Source: Dimorphilus gyrociliatus (lineage: Eukaryota > Animalia > Annelida). From it: a stretch of DNA of 53,796 bases. The DNA lies in assembly GCA_904063045.1 (NCBI GenBank), contig CAJFCJ010000112.1:17203-70998 (forward strand), read 5' to 3'. Position numbers and translations under genes: made by a program. The notes beneath the pieces were generated by a model. It saw nothing but the letters and a program-made list of their open reading frames with translations, did not search any database and was not told the DNA's origin. Each line of letters begins with the position of its first letter. Position 1 is the first letter of the stretch. Positions 33,340 to 45,906 of this stretch are shown here, one piece after another.

Positions 33340-33959
33340 ACACAAACCAATATTTTATGCAGGCCAATATTTGAGAGGTAACAGCAGAGTTAGGATAATC
33401 TAACAACTTTACTTACATTTTGTAGTGTACCTGTGTGGGTGTAGGCAGACTGACCAAATAGGTGCAGTGACATTTCGGCCCATTTTAGAACATTCAAATT
33501 TAAAAAAAAAACAAAGAAATATAAAATCAAAAAAAAATATATCATTAATAATTTCAGATATGTAAAACAATTATTATAAAATTCAAAATATTTTCCTTAT
33601 TTCAATAATATATTTTACATTGTGTGCACTTAGATATAATGATATATGAATACTTAGACTTTAGATATAAGGGTACATTAGAAAGACTTGCGTTTTATAG
33701 GAATTACAATGGTGCAACTATAGAAATACTTCTATTTCGTGGCAATTATAATGATGGAACTTTAGAAAGACTTTTAATTCGTAGAGTTAGTTTTTAGGGA
33801 CAAAGACAGAAGTCGCCCTGTGCACTTATTAAAATTGTATAAATAGACAAAGTTAAATCAAGACTATTTTTTTCTTGTACATTTTAAACATACAGTTGAA
33901 AGTTCTATGATACAATGCATTCTCCTATCAGAGTTGCATGAATTATTTACTATTATTCA

Positions 33960-34540
33960 TTTAATTTCTCAATAAAGTCAATTCATCTGATGATTATCAA
34001 ATCTCTGCCCAATTTTAAATATCTCACTTTGCATATCTTTGTAATGCTTCCTCTCATATCTATATATCTTTTTCTCTGATAGTATTCTCTGATAAGCTGC
34101 AATAAGATCTGCCTCTCTTTTTAATTCATCTATTACTGAATAGAATAAGGAATTTGCCCCTAAGTTTCCATTTAATCAATTATAGAATCCCTTCACATCA
34201 TTATTAGGGATGCAACAGAAAACGCCCACAAATCAGTGCTTTTATCCTAAGCCTATCCCAGCCCTTGGCTGTACCTAATCTTTTCCATTAGCCCTAACCC
34301 TTAGAGGAGACCCTCCAAAGTACAAATCAGTTGCTGTCTTCTTCTTACTAACCATTTCTCAATCGAAAATCTTGTCTTGAAATTTATCATTTGTGAATGT
34401 TTCTGTCAACCCTCATTATTAGTTCTAAATGTATTTTGATACACTGACCACTGCTTTGGTGACGAAATATTATCTATAATCCAAGTTCAAAACCAACAAT
34501 TGCATTTGAAGATAATAAGATAGTGAAAAAATCCTGGGTA
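33960..34540 (-). mobile_element. Two MULE last-exon relics
   Basis: PNNDVKGFYN*...VIDELKREADLIAAYQRILSEKKIY (~33960-34212) and TWIIDNISSPKQWSVYQNTFRTNNEG (~34380-34540). Confidence 0.75.
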
Positions 34541-34667
34541 AAATAGAAACTGGTATAATCATTTCTCATTTTATCACTAAAAAGCTTAAATAAATTAACA
34601 AAACATTTAAAATATTTAAAACCACAAGAAAAAATATATTTTTTATTATATTATTTTTATATATTAC

Positions 34668-34780
34668 TGGGGCGACTTGTGTCACTCCTCTGGACGACTT
34701 TTGCCTTAGTTCTGGGTGACTTCTGACTATTTCTGGGCAACCTCTGTTCTGGGTGACTTCTATCCTGGGCAACTTCTGTC
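34668..34780. repeat. Tandem CTGGGTGACTTCT-type units, likely an orphan MULE TIR
   Basis: About 5 degenerate GC-rich units next to an AT-rich stretch, the same architecture as the MULE-1 TIR. Confidence 0.55.
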
Positions 34781-36097
34781 GTATTCAGCTTTTAGTACTT
34801 TAGAAAGAACTCTATTTCATACGAAATAGACTCTTTGACTGTATCAGATGGTGGCTACTTGGGAATTAACAAACGAACAAAGAACATGGAAAAGATGCAG
34901 ATCAAACACCAGATGCTGATGAGGCAGGCCTATTAGCAGTGGCACATGTTTGGCATGTGGCCCTAATCTTAGGATTATATTTTATATGTTTGATATAACA
35001 GTCTTTCATATTTTTGTTACTTGAGAATTATGAGACCGTCAGACTTCAACTTTGTAATCCTTTGACCACTTGAACCCAAGCTTTGGAAATGTATAAAAGG
35101 AAATGCATTTTCGCAGCTTGTCAGTTCAGTTCTTTAACCATTAACTGGTTGTTTAAACTTACTTGTTTAGAACTAGAAACTCATTTACTCAATACATATT
35201 CTTTGGACGAAATACTGGTGTTTTGTTGAATTAATTCTACTGAAATTACATTTGTTAAGACTATTTGTGGAGGAACTTGAAAGGTTCTATTTGTGTGAGT
35301 ACTTTGGTGCATTGATAAATGATTGGAAAGGACAAATACTGTTCTGAAGAAGCAGAAATTCCTACAATTACAATACAACAAAATAATAATAGTTAAGCAA
35401 GTAACAATATGAGAGTTCAATAGCAGCGAAAATAGTTCATAATAGCAGGTTGCCAAATTACCAAACTGTCTTCCAATGTTGAGGAGTAGATGGATGACTC
35501 CTACACACACTTACAAAATAATTACATTGTGTTTGACTTGAGGATTCTTTATCACATTTTGACAATTGACCAACCAAATTGTTTTCAAATTGAGGTGTTC
35601 TTGGAACATAAACAAATAAATTTTCCTACACTTCATTGTTAAAATTTAGATTTTCCCTCTAACCTCCAGTGAGCATGGTTCTAATATCTTATCAACATTT
35701 GCAAATGGATATCTGATACCTTTTGAAACTTCTAAAGATTTTGTACATACACTAGAACTTGAATCTGATATATTGCTAAATTTATGTCTGTTGCATATGT
35801 AGCTACTGAGAATTAATTGGATGGTAGATCTAGAGAGAATTAAATAAAGGGTCTTGTATAAAACATTAATGTGGTATGATTCTGTGCTCGAAATGTACAG
35901 AAGTAAATTAGATTTAAATATGCATATAGCTGATTGTCCTGATTGTCCAGGCAGTCACTGTAACATATTTTCTGTTTAACTCAGTGATGATCTCCAAAAT
36001 GGAGATTTAAGTTAACCAAATCTGTATCAATAATCACATATTCTGAAATAGCAGCTCTGCAAGAGGGACACTCAGATTTTGGGGGAGCAGGTGAAAC

Positions 36098-36480
36098 TGT
36101 ACCTGGGTTAAACCGTACCTGGGTTAAACCGTACCCACTAGAGGGTTAAACTGTACCCAGGTTAAACCGTACCCATTGTTAATTTAATATATATGTCTGA
36201 AAAAGAAAGCATGTAGGATTGTATTTAAAGTAACATTATTTTTAAGAAAAATTACATAAAACTTCATAACATTTTCAACAGGAAATTTAAAGTCTAACAA
36301 ATGGTTGGACACCAAAGAAATTTGTTGTAGATTTCGAAATGGGATTGTGGACAAGCTTTAAACATACTTAAAAGAAATTACTTCAATCTTAGGCCAAAAC
36401 CAAGGCCTTCAAAACAAAGCAAGAAAGTTTTTTTTAGATCACATGATGTTTGTCTTAAAGCATTTGGATAAATATTTTAC
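36098..36480 (+). mobile_element. MULE-type TIR (GGTTAAACCGTACC units) plus transposase relic
   Basis: 4 tandem units at 36098-36177, followed by WTPKKFVVDFEMGLW (second catalytic D motif) at ~36310. Confidence 0.65.
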
Positions 36481-37745
36481 TAAAATTCAATACTTTATTA
36501 CAGATATTTAAAAAATATTAGCTTTAAAACCACAGTACAAATTATGAATATAGGAGATTTCACCTAGTATGCTATTAAATAAGTTTCAAGGATCACATTC
36601 CAATAATGAACTAAAAAGAGAAATCCCTATAACTATGTTCAAGTAATTCAATACTCTTTGAAATAAGATTTTTTTTTTGTAAATTGTTTTTCCGTAATTT
36701 TGAGGAAAAGAATTGTTTTTTCTTAAATTGAATTTGTTGTTTTAAGGGTATTTTATATAATTTAATATAATATTTCTTTTTTACAGCTTTCTAAAATGTT
36801 TGTTTTTTACTTTAGACAATAGGTAGTTTTTCACAATTTTTTCTATATAATTTAAAGTGCCACATAAGTATCCATGTGAACATGTTCTTTGTCTAAATAA
36901 TTATACATAAAAAGGGAGTATGGGAAAAACGCCCCAAGGAGTGTGAAAAGATATTTTCATTTATTCTTCTGTGCCATCTTTCACCTAGGGCTCGGTTTGG
37001 GGTATTTTTAGGGTTACGAAAAATTCAATTATACTAATTTTGGTTAATATAAAAACCAAGTTAAATTACTTTACCTATTGTTGGGTTACGGTTAGTGTAA
37101 AAATGCAAAATAGGGGATGTTTTATCCAATGTTCTTACAAAGGTACTGCTTCTACTTCAAATAATAAATGTAATGTTCAATTCAATGATTTATTGAGATA
37201 GATACTTAAGAAAATAGTTATATGAAAACACATTAGTAGGCTAGATAGTTTATAGTAACAGTTATTGCAAAGTTACCAAACCAGCACAAAACAAGAAGTG
37301 GCAGAGAAGGGAATAGGTCTTAGTCGACCAAGTTCATTACCAACTCTTACACTTCTGAATTGTGAGAATTGGTAGAAATTGAGATAGAGATTGCTTATTT
37401 GAAAGAAAATATTGACAATTAAGATACTGATTAGTTGCTTTGTGACATGTATAATTCAAAAATCTCTATCATTACTTTATGTATACCATTGTACTGATGA
37501 ATTAAAAAATATTGACTAGAATATATCTCATCACATTTTATAATTAGAGGAGCAAATGGTAACAATTTACAAAAACAAAAATTGACACAGATTTTTCTTT
37601 CTTGAGAATGAAGAAAAAAAGAAAAAAATGATTTATTGATCTTCTCATTAATTTAAAAATGTAATTAAACCTAAAAAACTCTCTATTAAATGAAAATTGA
37701 TTAATTGAATATTTATTGATCTAAAACAAGAAATTTATAATTTTT

Positions 37746-39008
37746 CTAATCAATATAAATCATTGACAATACACCTTGATTTTCAGCTTTTGCATTACTT
37801 CCCTGTATTTTTATTTGTAGAAAGTCATTTCTGGACAAGGATAGTAACATTGAGGTTGATGATAAATATGGATCATAATCGTTACTTTGACCAGCGTAGA
37901 AAGTTGACAGTAAATTTCCATTAACTCTGATTTCAATGTCTAGTTCATGCTTATTACTCTCGAATGGCAAGTTAGCAGTTACATAATAAGTTCCAGATTG
38001 TGGAACTACATATTTTCCTTCGATATTATTCCATGAATTGTGAGAATCCAATCTTATATTATGAAATCTTACAAATTCTGATTTATCGACATCAAAACTA
38101 TTAGAGCCGCAAAAGTAAGGTTTTTCAGTGTCCAATTTGAATATAGCTAAATAAGTTTGCAAATCAGCATCAGCATAGGATGTTCCATCAGTTAGAGTCA
38201 GGCCAACACTGTCTCCAGCATGTAGGTAGGTTAGAAAACTTTTTGTGTGGTGAGTTGTATGACGGCCCATGTAGAATGTATTAATGCTTCTATACTTTTC
38301 TTTATTGTCATTTATATGAAAGCTGACAATTGTGTCATCAGCTGGATTAAAACCAGAACCAAAACTAACAAAGTATAAACCAGATTCGCTAACTTTTATC
38401 ATGTTGTTTTCTAATCTAAAACCTCTCATAGCCATGATAATTGGCAGGGGAATTGGCGATGATTTTTCCATCCATTCGTCATCACGAGCGCCAAAGAAAT
38501 ATGAACTCGAATCGTAATGAAAACCAGTCCATAATGTATTATTACCTCCAGTAAGGTTTGCAGTATCAAATGCTTGTTGAACGTATGGCTTATTTAATGC
38601 TGTTAGAAAAAATAGACTGTCTCTTGTAATAGTATTAAGGTTATTATTTGACTTTAGTTTAGTCATTCCCAATTCTCTACCAGTTCCATCTAGCTGGAAA
38701 GACACCCTAGAAGTTTCCACAACTGTTGCTGTCATTGATAAAAAGTACATTCCAGATTTTGTTATATTAAGACTATTATCAGCTGGATTGAATAATTTTT
38801 GAGAGTTTAGGTGCACTTTTTCCCAATTCATTCTCCCCTCTCCAACATTTCCAGTATTGTCAAGTGAAACCATGAATGCTGGATTATTTGATTTTACTGC
38901 AGCTGTTTCTTCAATAAAATCTTTCATATTTTTCTTTGGAGATGAATCAACAAATCTGCTAGAAGCAATTGAACAAAAAACAACCACAATCAAACAAGAA
39001 TAAAACAT
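37746..39008 (-). CDS. Secreted protein with three tandem gC1q/TNF-like domains, intronless, no collagen stalk
   Basis: Hydrophobic leader MFYSCLIVVVFCSIASS, then three C1q-type starts: PAFMVSL...ITKSGMYFL, SYFFGAR...VSESGLYFV, PYFCGS...VVPQSGTYYV. Confidence 0.85.
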   Translation of the reverse strand: MFYSCLIVVVFCSIASSRFVDSSPKKNMKDFIEETAAVKSNNPAFMVSLDNTGNVGEGRMNWEKVHLNSQKLFNPADNSLNITKSGMYFLSMTATVVETSRVSFQLDGTGRELGMTKLKSNNNLNTITRDSLFFLTALNKPYVQQAFDTANLTGGNNTLWTGFHYDSSSYFFGARDDEWMEKSSPIPLPIIMAMRGFRLENNMIKVSESGLYFVSFGSGFNPADDTIVSFHINDNKEKYRSINTFYMGRHTTHHTKSFLTYLHAGDSVGLTLTDGTSYADADLQTYLAIFKLDTEKPYFCGSNSFDVDKSEFVRFHNIRLDSHNSWNNIEGKYVVPQSGTYYVTANLPFESNKHELDIEIRVNGNLLSTFYAGQSNDYDPYLSSTSMLLSLSRNDFLQIKIQGSNAKAENQGVLSMIYID

Positions 39009-39761
39009 TTTGATTTTTTCTGTAGTACTGAAGAAAATTTCGTTACTGAATGATTAGAAACAATGAAACAATTGCCATTTTTATATCTTTATCCCAGAGA
39101 TTAAAAAAGATAACACTAACACGATTTGTTTTCTTATCTCAGCTGATAATCAAAATTTAAAGACTGTTATCTTTACAGGATATTTGTCATATCACAGATA
39201 TGTTATACTTTCCGTCTAAGACCTGATAGGCAATATTTTCTTAGAATACTAGAATTAAGTACTATAACAACCCATTCTCTCCTTCTTACTTGAAATTTCT
39301 TGAAAATAATTGTTAATTAGCCAACTTTTAGTGAAATTTGATGATACTTTTACAATGTTACTCAAAATAGAAAGAGCTTGTAAGAGCTTTCTATGTTGAT
39401 GTACTTCTTTTTTAATAAGAAACTTTTCAGTAGTCAGCCTCAAAGTGTTGACAATTAAGTTCTTTTTCCATCAATCAGATTGGATTGTTACATATCTTAT
39501 TCACTTTGCCACTTATCTTTCGCTATCACTTCTATTGATAAGAATCATCTTTGCATCATTGATAACAATCTGAATCATATTGTAAACATCTGTTTTCCTA
39601 TCGTAAAAACTGCTTAATTGGACAAAATTTAATGATATCATCTGAACACTAGTCATCTTTTACTAATATAGAAAAAAAATGGATATAAAAAGAGGTTGCA
39701 AAAGCTTTGTTTCATTGCACATCCAACAGTTGAACAACCATGATGCTACATTCTATAGTCA

Positions 39762-41063
39762 GTGAGTACCATTCTCTTCTTTTTCTTTTTTAGGCAATTG
39801 ATGAGTGAATATTTAAAGTTTTTCTCTTCTTTTTTCTTAGTTTGTATGATATGTTTGACTTTTGCTCAAGTTAATGGAGAGTTAGACAACAACAAGAGTT
39901 TACAAAAAGTTGTTAAAAGTTCTGAGGAAAATCCAGCCTTCTCTGTTTCACTTAAAGAATCTGGAAATCTTGGAAATGGCAAAGTTAAATGGACAAGTGT
40001 TGACATCAATCATCAAAATCTATTTAATACATTAGACAATAGTCTGGAAATAACTAAAACTGGAATATATTACTTGACTATGACAATGACTCTATCAAAA
40101 ACTTCTAGAGCATCGTTTTCTCTAGAGAAAACTGGTAGAAGGTCTGGGATGACAACATATAATCAAGTTGATGGAAGAGAGTCAATTAATAAGCGCAGTC
40201 TTCATTTGCTAACTTCATTAAACAGGCCTTATGTTAAACAAGTTTTTACTACATCAGGTTTGGTTGGTGGAAATAACAGAGAAACAGCATGGGCTGGCTT
40301 TCACTATGACACTGATCATTATTTCTTTGGAGCACGTGATGAAGAGTGGGAAGATAAAAGTGTTATTCCATTGCCAATAACTATGGCTTTGAGAGGGTTT
40401 CAGAAGCATGGAAACAAATTGAATGTACTCAGCACGGGTCTCTACTTTATTGGTTTCAGTTCAGCTTTCAATCCACTGGCAGAGTCAACATTAACCATTA
40501 AAAGTAGTCAAAGTTCATTGAGACATTCTATAAGATTTCACCATATAACCCGACATCCAATTATTTCTTCAACGAGTCTTTTGGCAAATTTAGAGGAAGG
40601 GGAAAATATTGAACTACAGTTAGACTCTGGTAGTTTATACTCAGATGCTGATTTGCAAACTTCTCTAACTCTCTTTAAGCTAGATTCAAATAAATCTTAT
40701 TTTTACAGTAAAGGAGAAAAGCGTTCAACTTGTAAACCAGATTCAATCAATTTTGGTTTAGTAAAATTCGATTCAGACAATTCTTGGATTCAGAGTGATC
40801 AAACCTATGTTGCTCCAAAGAATGGAACTTATTTCATTTCTGTAAATCTATCTTTCTTTAGGAAAAGAGAATCAGAAGAAGCCTACATTGAAGTGAATGG
40901 AGTTAAGAAGACAACACTCTACAAACATACATTTCACATTATTGAAGAGTCTCTAACAATGAGTGAAGTATTATTAAAAATGAATAAAGGTGATAAATTG
41001 AGAGTTGTCAATAGAGGATGTGAAGCAGGTGAAAATGGACTATTAATTATTTTAATTAGTTAA
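39762..41063 (+). CDS. Paralogous secreted triple-gC1q protein, divergently transcribed
   Basis: Leader (likely start MSEYLKFF, ~39800), then PAFSVSL...TKTGIYYL, HYFFGAR...STGLYFI, SYFYSK...VAPKNGTYFISVN; aligns along its length with the minus-strand gene. Confidence 0.85.
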   Translation: MSTILFFFFFRQLMSEYLKFFSSFFLVCMICLTFAQVNGELDNNKSLQKVVKSSEENPAFSVSLKESGNLGNGKVKWTSVDINHQNLFNTLDNSLEITKTGIYYLTMTMTLSKTSRASFSLEKTGRRSGMTTYNQVDGRESINKRSLHLLTSLNRPYVKQVFTTSGLVGGNNRETAWAGFHYDTDHYFFGARDEEWEDKSVIPLPITMALRGFQKHGNKLNVLSTGLYFIGFSSAFNPLAESTLTIKSSQSSLRHSIRFHHITRHPIISSTSLLANLEEGENIELQLDSGSLYSDADLQTSLTLFKLDSNKSYFYSKGEKRSTCKPDSINFGLVKFDSDNSWIQSDQTYVAPKNGTYFISVNLSFFRKRESEEAYIEVNGVKKTTLYKHTFHIIEESLTMSEVLLKMNKGDKLRVVNRGCEAGENGLLIILIS

Positions 41064-41256
41064 TATGTTTATTAAAATGAATACAATTTTTCCAAATTTC
41101 ATCTAAACTAAGCTCTTGATATTGTTTTGTCAATTACAATGGTCAGCCATTTTGTTAGGGTTAGGATTTAAAAATAGTTTGTATAGAATTGATGGGGAGA
41201 GGGTTGAGAAGAGAGTACATTGAATTGTTTGAACTTGAAATGTGATCAATAAAGGT

Positions 41257-41510
41257 AAAAAAAAGGAAAAGATCTTCTCATCCACAAAGGATATACTTTT
41301 AACATAAAAATGAAAAGAAAAACAGCTACAATTTGGACTTGCTCAGTTCCAAACAAAAACAGAAAGTGTTCTGCAAGTATTAACCAAAAAGGAAGTGATT
41401 TTGTAATTGGTAAAATGAAACACAATCATTCACCATTGAATAGTGCAGAAAAGCAGATTATAATTAGAAAAGATATCAAAGAGAAGTGCCTTAGTGATAA
41501 TAAATAATGA
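41257..41510 (+). mobile_element. FLYWCH-MULE relic
   Basis: GKDLLIHKGYTFNIK...IWTCSVPNKNRKCSASINQKG...KHNH matches the FLYWCH region of MULE-1. Confidence 0.8.
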
Positions 41511-42138
41511 TGGTGTTTGTCAGAAAAAGATCTTGTTGAAAATGATCACAGTTTTTTGGTTTTTGTTTGTTTACCCTAACCCCTGGAATCTTATTATCTC
41601 ATTATGGTCATTTTCCAAATTTTTCCCTTCTTTTCTTATTACTTGAATCAAGCCTGAGTAGAAGAACAAGTTGAATGTTATCAATAATTTCTTCACCATT
41701 AAATACTTCTGCCTCTTGAAAAGTCAACTGACTTTGACTATCTAAATAAAAAGTAAGGCAATCACCAATTGAATAGGGATTAGTACATGTCCACATCTTT
41801 TTACCTATAGGAGAATTCATGCCAATGATTTAAAGGTCTGTTTCTTTCACCTAACCCTAACCTTGAACAAGTTCCACAACAGTTTTTATGTATGATAAAA
41901 GTTAACAACCCATTTAGTAAGGTTGGCCTTTTAGATTAAAATTGCATAGAAAAGAATTGTCTGTCATCCTTATTGGTTTCACAAAACCCTAACCCTTTCT
42001 TTTCTACCTGATTATTTTTTTCAAGGAAAAAGCACGTGATTCTATGTCAAATAGTTTATGGAAGTATAATGTATTGTTGGAAAAATTTTTTTTACAACAT
42101 TAACAAAATATGAGTAGTAGTAGAGAAGTCAAAATTAA

Positions 42139-43662
42139 TTAGGATAGATCTCTTAAAGCAGCTGCAAAATTTACACAATCACTCACATACATATTTAAAT
42201 CTTGTCTTAGCACTGAATAAAAGAATTGTAAATTTGTATCCATAATATTCTTGTATTCTAAAATACGTTACCATTGCAATTCTTGAAACTGTAAATAGAA
42301 AGAAAAAATATATCAGAATTATAAAAATCTACCTTTGTTTATTTGTTTATTTACTATTTCAAGTAGTTATCTAATTGATTATCTGTAATAAATTCTTCAA
42401 CATCTTTAACTGTCCAATTTTCAAAAGGCTGGTGAATAAACAATAAGAAATATTGGACATATTTTAATGGCTTCTTCCATGGAATGAAAAGTAGAACAGC
42501 CTTTTTTTTTTAAAAAAATCAATAAAACTTGAAATAGACACTGAAAAAAAAGAAATAAAAGAAACTTACATGCGTAATCAGCATCAAACCATATATTAAC
42601 ATTATCTTTCAGTCGGTTATATAAGTGTAGAGCAATTTCAAAATATTTTATTTCATAACTCAGAACAACATAAAAAAGCAGACTATTATCATCATTCTCT
42701 TTAAAATTGTCTGATTTATCAGAAATATTACTTATCTGTAAAATTATTTCACGAATTAGTCAACTAATTGTGGGATTTTGGCAACATTTTCTCTCTAAAT
42801 TTCGAATGATATGATAATATTTTTGTTCAGACATTGTATTGAATATTCTTTCTCATCCATTGAAATGGTGTTTTCAATTACTTCAAATAAAATGGGAATA
42901 TGTTGAATAATAAACTTTCTGTTATTTCCATTATTAGCCAATTTATTGATGGATAATAAATCCATTTCAGTTGAAAAGATATCATTTTTATGAACTTTCA
43001 CTTTCGCTGTTTTAAATAGAAAATCAATGATGTCACTACTTGCTTCAATTTCATCATATTCATCTTCTTTTATAAGATACCATGTATTAACAAGGCATAA
43101 AAATAAAATAGGAACACAAGCTTTAAAGTTATTTTGAAGTTCTTGTAAATTTTCAATTCCATTTATATCTCTGATATCTTTCAACTTTTTGAAGAACATT
43201 ATACATGATACTCAAATACTCTTTAATGGGTTTTACCTTGTCATAAAATCTCCAATGTGCAAATATTTTTTCACTTATATTGTGAATTATTTTTCCTTCA
43301 TAAATTTTTGAACAAAATTCTTTGGAAACTTCTGAACCTTTTTGAATTGCTGTTACAATATAATCAGCAGCATCAAATTCATCCTTTTCATTACCATTTA
43401 AAAGTTTTTCATGAAAAGTTTTAAAAAATTCTACCAGTGTTATAGTAAAATTTTCATTGCTGAGAACAATTTAAATTATTTTTCTTTCAGTTTGAGCAAA
43501 GTTTTTAAACTATTTAATAATTTTTTTCTTTTTTAAATCTTTAAAGTTGAATGATTCTGAAATTTTCGAAATACATTTAATACTTTCTTGTAAAATATCT
43601 ACTTTCTTTTTTTCAGATTTTGTAACTTCTCTAGAGTTTGAATTCTATAGATTAGAGTCCAT
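42139..43662 (-). pseudogene. Spliced ARM/helical-TIR-SAM gene remnant
   Basis: Exon 42735-42570 gives FYVVLSYEIKYFEIALHLYNRLKDNVNIWFD (TIR betaA-alphaA-betaB). The next exon gives SMEEAIKICPIFLIVYSP, then a jump to ENWTVKDVEEFITDNQLDNY (SAM start), then FFYSVLRQDLNMYVSDCVNFAAALRDLS*. The upstream helical region includes INKLANNGNNRKFI. Stops and frameshifts are present. Confidence 0.7.
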
Positions 43663-45906
43663 TTTTTAATTTATTTGGTTCAAAAATCTGATTATTTGTG
43701 AGTACGATTCATTAGTTAACAAGCTTCAACTGCAATGCATTATTGAAATTTGTAAAATGAATTTAACACTGATACCTGTAATATCAATGTGGTTTTTAAC
43801 ACAGTTATACACCTAAAACAATTTATTCCATGGTTATATTAAACCCAAAATCAATTTTTGTTATTATATAATACAAAAGCAATATGAAAGTAGGAATAGC
43901 TCATTGTAAATCATTAATAATTTATATTATCCATTTTCCAATGAACCTCTATGACATTTTAATAAACACTAATATAAGAATGTTGACAATTAAAACCAGT
44001 TATACCAACATTGAAGGTATTTTTTTTGATTGATAGGTCTATTATTCCTATTTTCTATCTTGTCAAATGAGTACCTGGGTACATTCTCACCCATTTTTTT
44101 TTAGTTTTATTTATGGATTTTTTATGAAATTGTTTTTTTATAGAGGTGTATACAGAAATCCGCATAAATTTTGGTACACCCTAAATTTTGATAGGCCAAA
44201 TTTAAAATAGCGGTCATAAGTCATAATCTTTAATCACTTTAAAGTTTGTGATATATTTGAAGGACTTCAACGATCATCTAAAGTCTCAAAACGTCTTCAT
44301 CTGAGTTGTTTTCAAACCTCACAAAAAAATGTGTTGTAATACTACAAAGAATAGATGAAGAAAAAGAGCAAAGCGAAAATGAATGCAAAGAGGAGTTGGA
44401 ATTAACATTTTCTTTTGATAGTATAAAGAGCTTTGCTGACTGTTCAATGGAAGTTCAAAGTGTAGTGAATGATGAGGATACGTATGGGTTAGGGTTAGGG
44501 TAAGAGCACTCAGTTGTGTACATTTTCTATCGCATCCTATATATATATATATATGCTTATCCACTTCAGTTTGATATAAATGCTGTTTAGAAAACTGTAG
44601 ACTCAAGCCAATACTATTTAATACGTATGCTTAACAATAGCATTCTGTGTTGGGTACACACAATACTGTTATAGGTACATTGGAGGCTTGATCGTATGAA
44701 CATAAAACTCTGACAAACAAAGGTAATGAATTTAGCTTTAACTAAAGAACTACATTAGTCTTACTATAACAACCTAACAACATTAATTTAGTGGCCAGCT
44801 TGTTAATTTTTCGACTAGTTCCAACTTTGACATTCAAAAAATGATTTTAATGTTACGAAAATTGTTGTACATTGTGAGCAATAAGAGGATTGTTAGTTAG
44901 TCTCTGAGTAGCAAACCATTAGACCTAACAATAGTGTGTTTATTGTCTTTGGCATATACTTAACTAGTGAAACTACAATTAACAGTTTGTTGACATTATA
45001 TTTGGCTGACATTTTAGAAAGTTTATCAGCTTCCTGGTGCTTAAATTCTGTAAAGTATTTGTATGTAAAGTATGTCTTTCAATGTTAATATTGAAAGATA
45101 TTTTGAGTTTTTCTTTAGAAATCTTCTTTAAAAATATTCAATTCAAGTGTTGTAAAGATTTGACTGTTGGGCTGATAAAATACTAGCTCAATGCTACTTG
45201 CTTACCACAGAACAAGTCTCATAAATAAAGGATACAAAATTTTAATAGGACAAGTCCAACAATCAAGAAAACATGTAGATTGTATATTTAACCATTTTAT
45301 ATTCTACTTTAATAATGATATTCAGTTGATTGCATTAGTAAATTTAGCATCAGTATATCTGATTAATGCATGTTAAGAAGAACAATATTGTGTATACAAT
45401 ACTGTTGAATAGTGAACATAACCCAAACTTAAAATTTAAGCATAATAGATATTTAATTGAACTGCTTTTAGTTCAAAATCATAAATTTATGGATTATTAA
45501 ATTGTAATATTAATGCTAGGTTGCAAATAGCAATATTCTGTATATAATTTAATAGGTTTTATTGCCGAACATTGTATATGCACTGCCATATACTAGGTCA
45601 ATACTGCATATCTTGATCAGTGCTATCTGCATAGTACAATACTGGTTCAATACTACTTCCCTATTATAGGCTATAGCTGTTGAATGTATGTGTACATACA
45701 AACTAACCTTATTTGTTCTGTATTGTACCATATACATTAGAAAAGCCCTTTTAGTTACAACTTGCAAAGTGTATAGAACTGTCAAATTCACCAGTTTAAT
45801 CTTTATTTTCCAATATGAAAAACATTTTTAATTGAAACAATGTTAATTTTTCCAGAAAGATTCCAAATACCAAGATACAAAAGGTACTTGAAGATTATTA
45901 ATCACA

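Noticed and set aside
35850-36095. Minus-strand ECPSCRAAISE...CYSDC resembling a RING tail/B-box relic
   Set aside because: Only one CxxC is convincing, a stop follows and the rest of the RING is absent; insufficient support.
41608-41820. 70-aa ORF with LTFQEAEVF, faintly like a fucolectin/F5-8 C-terminus
   Set aside because: Too short, with no other family motifs or clear splice context.
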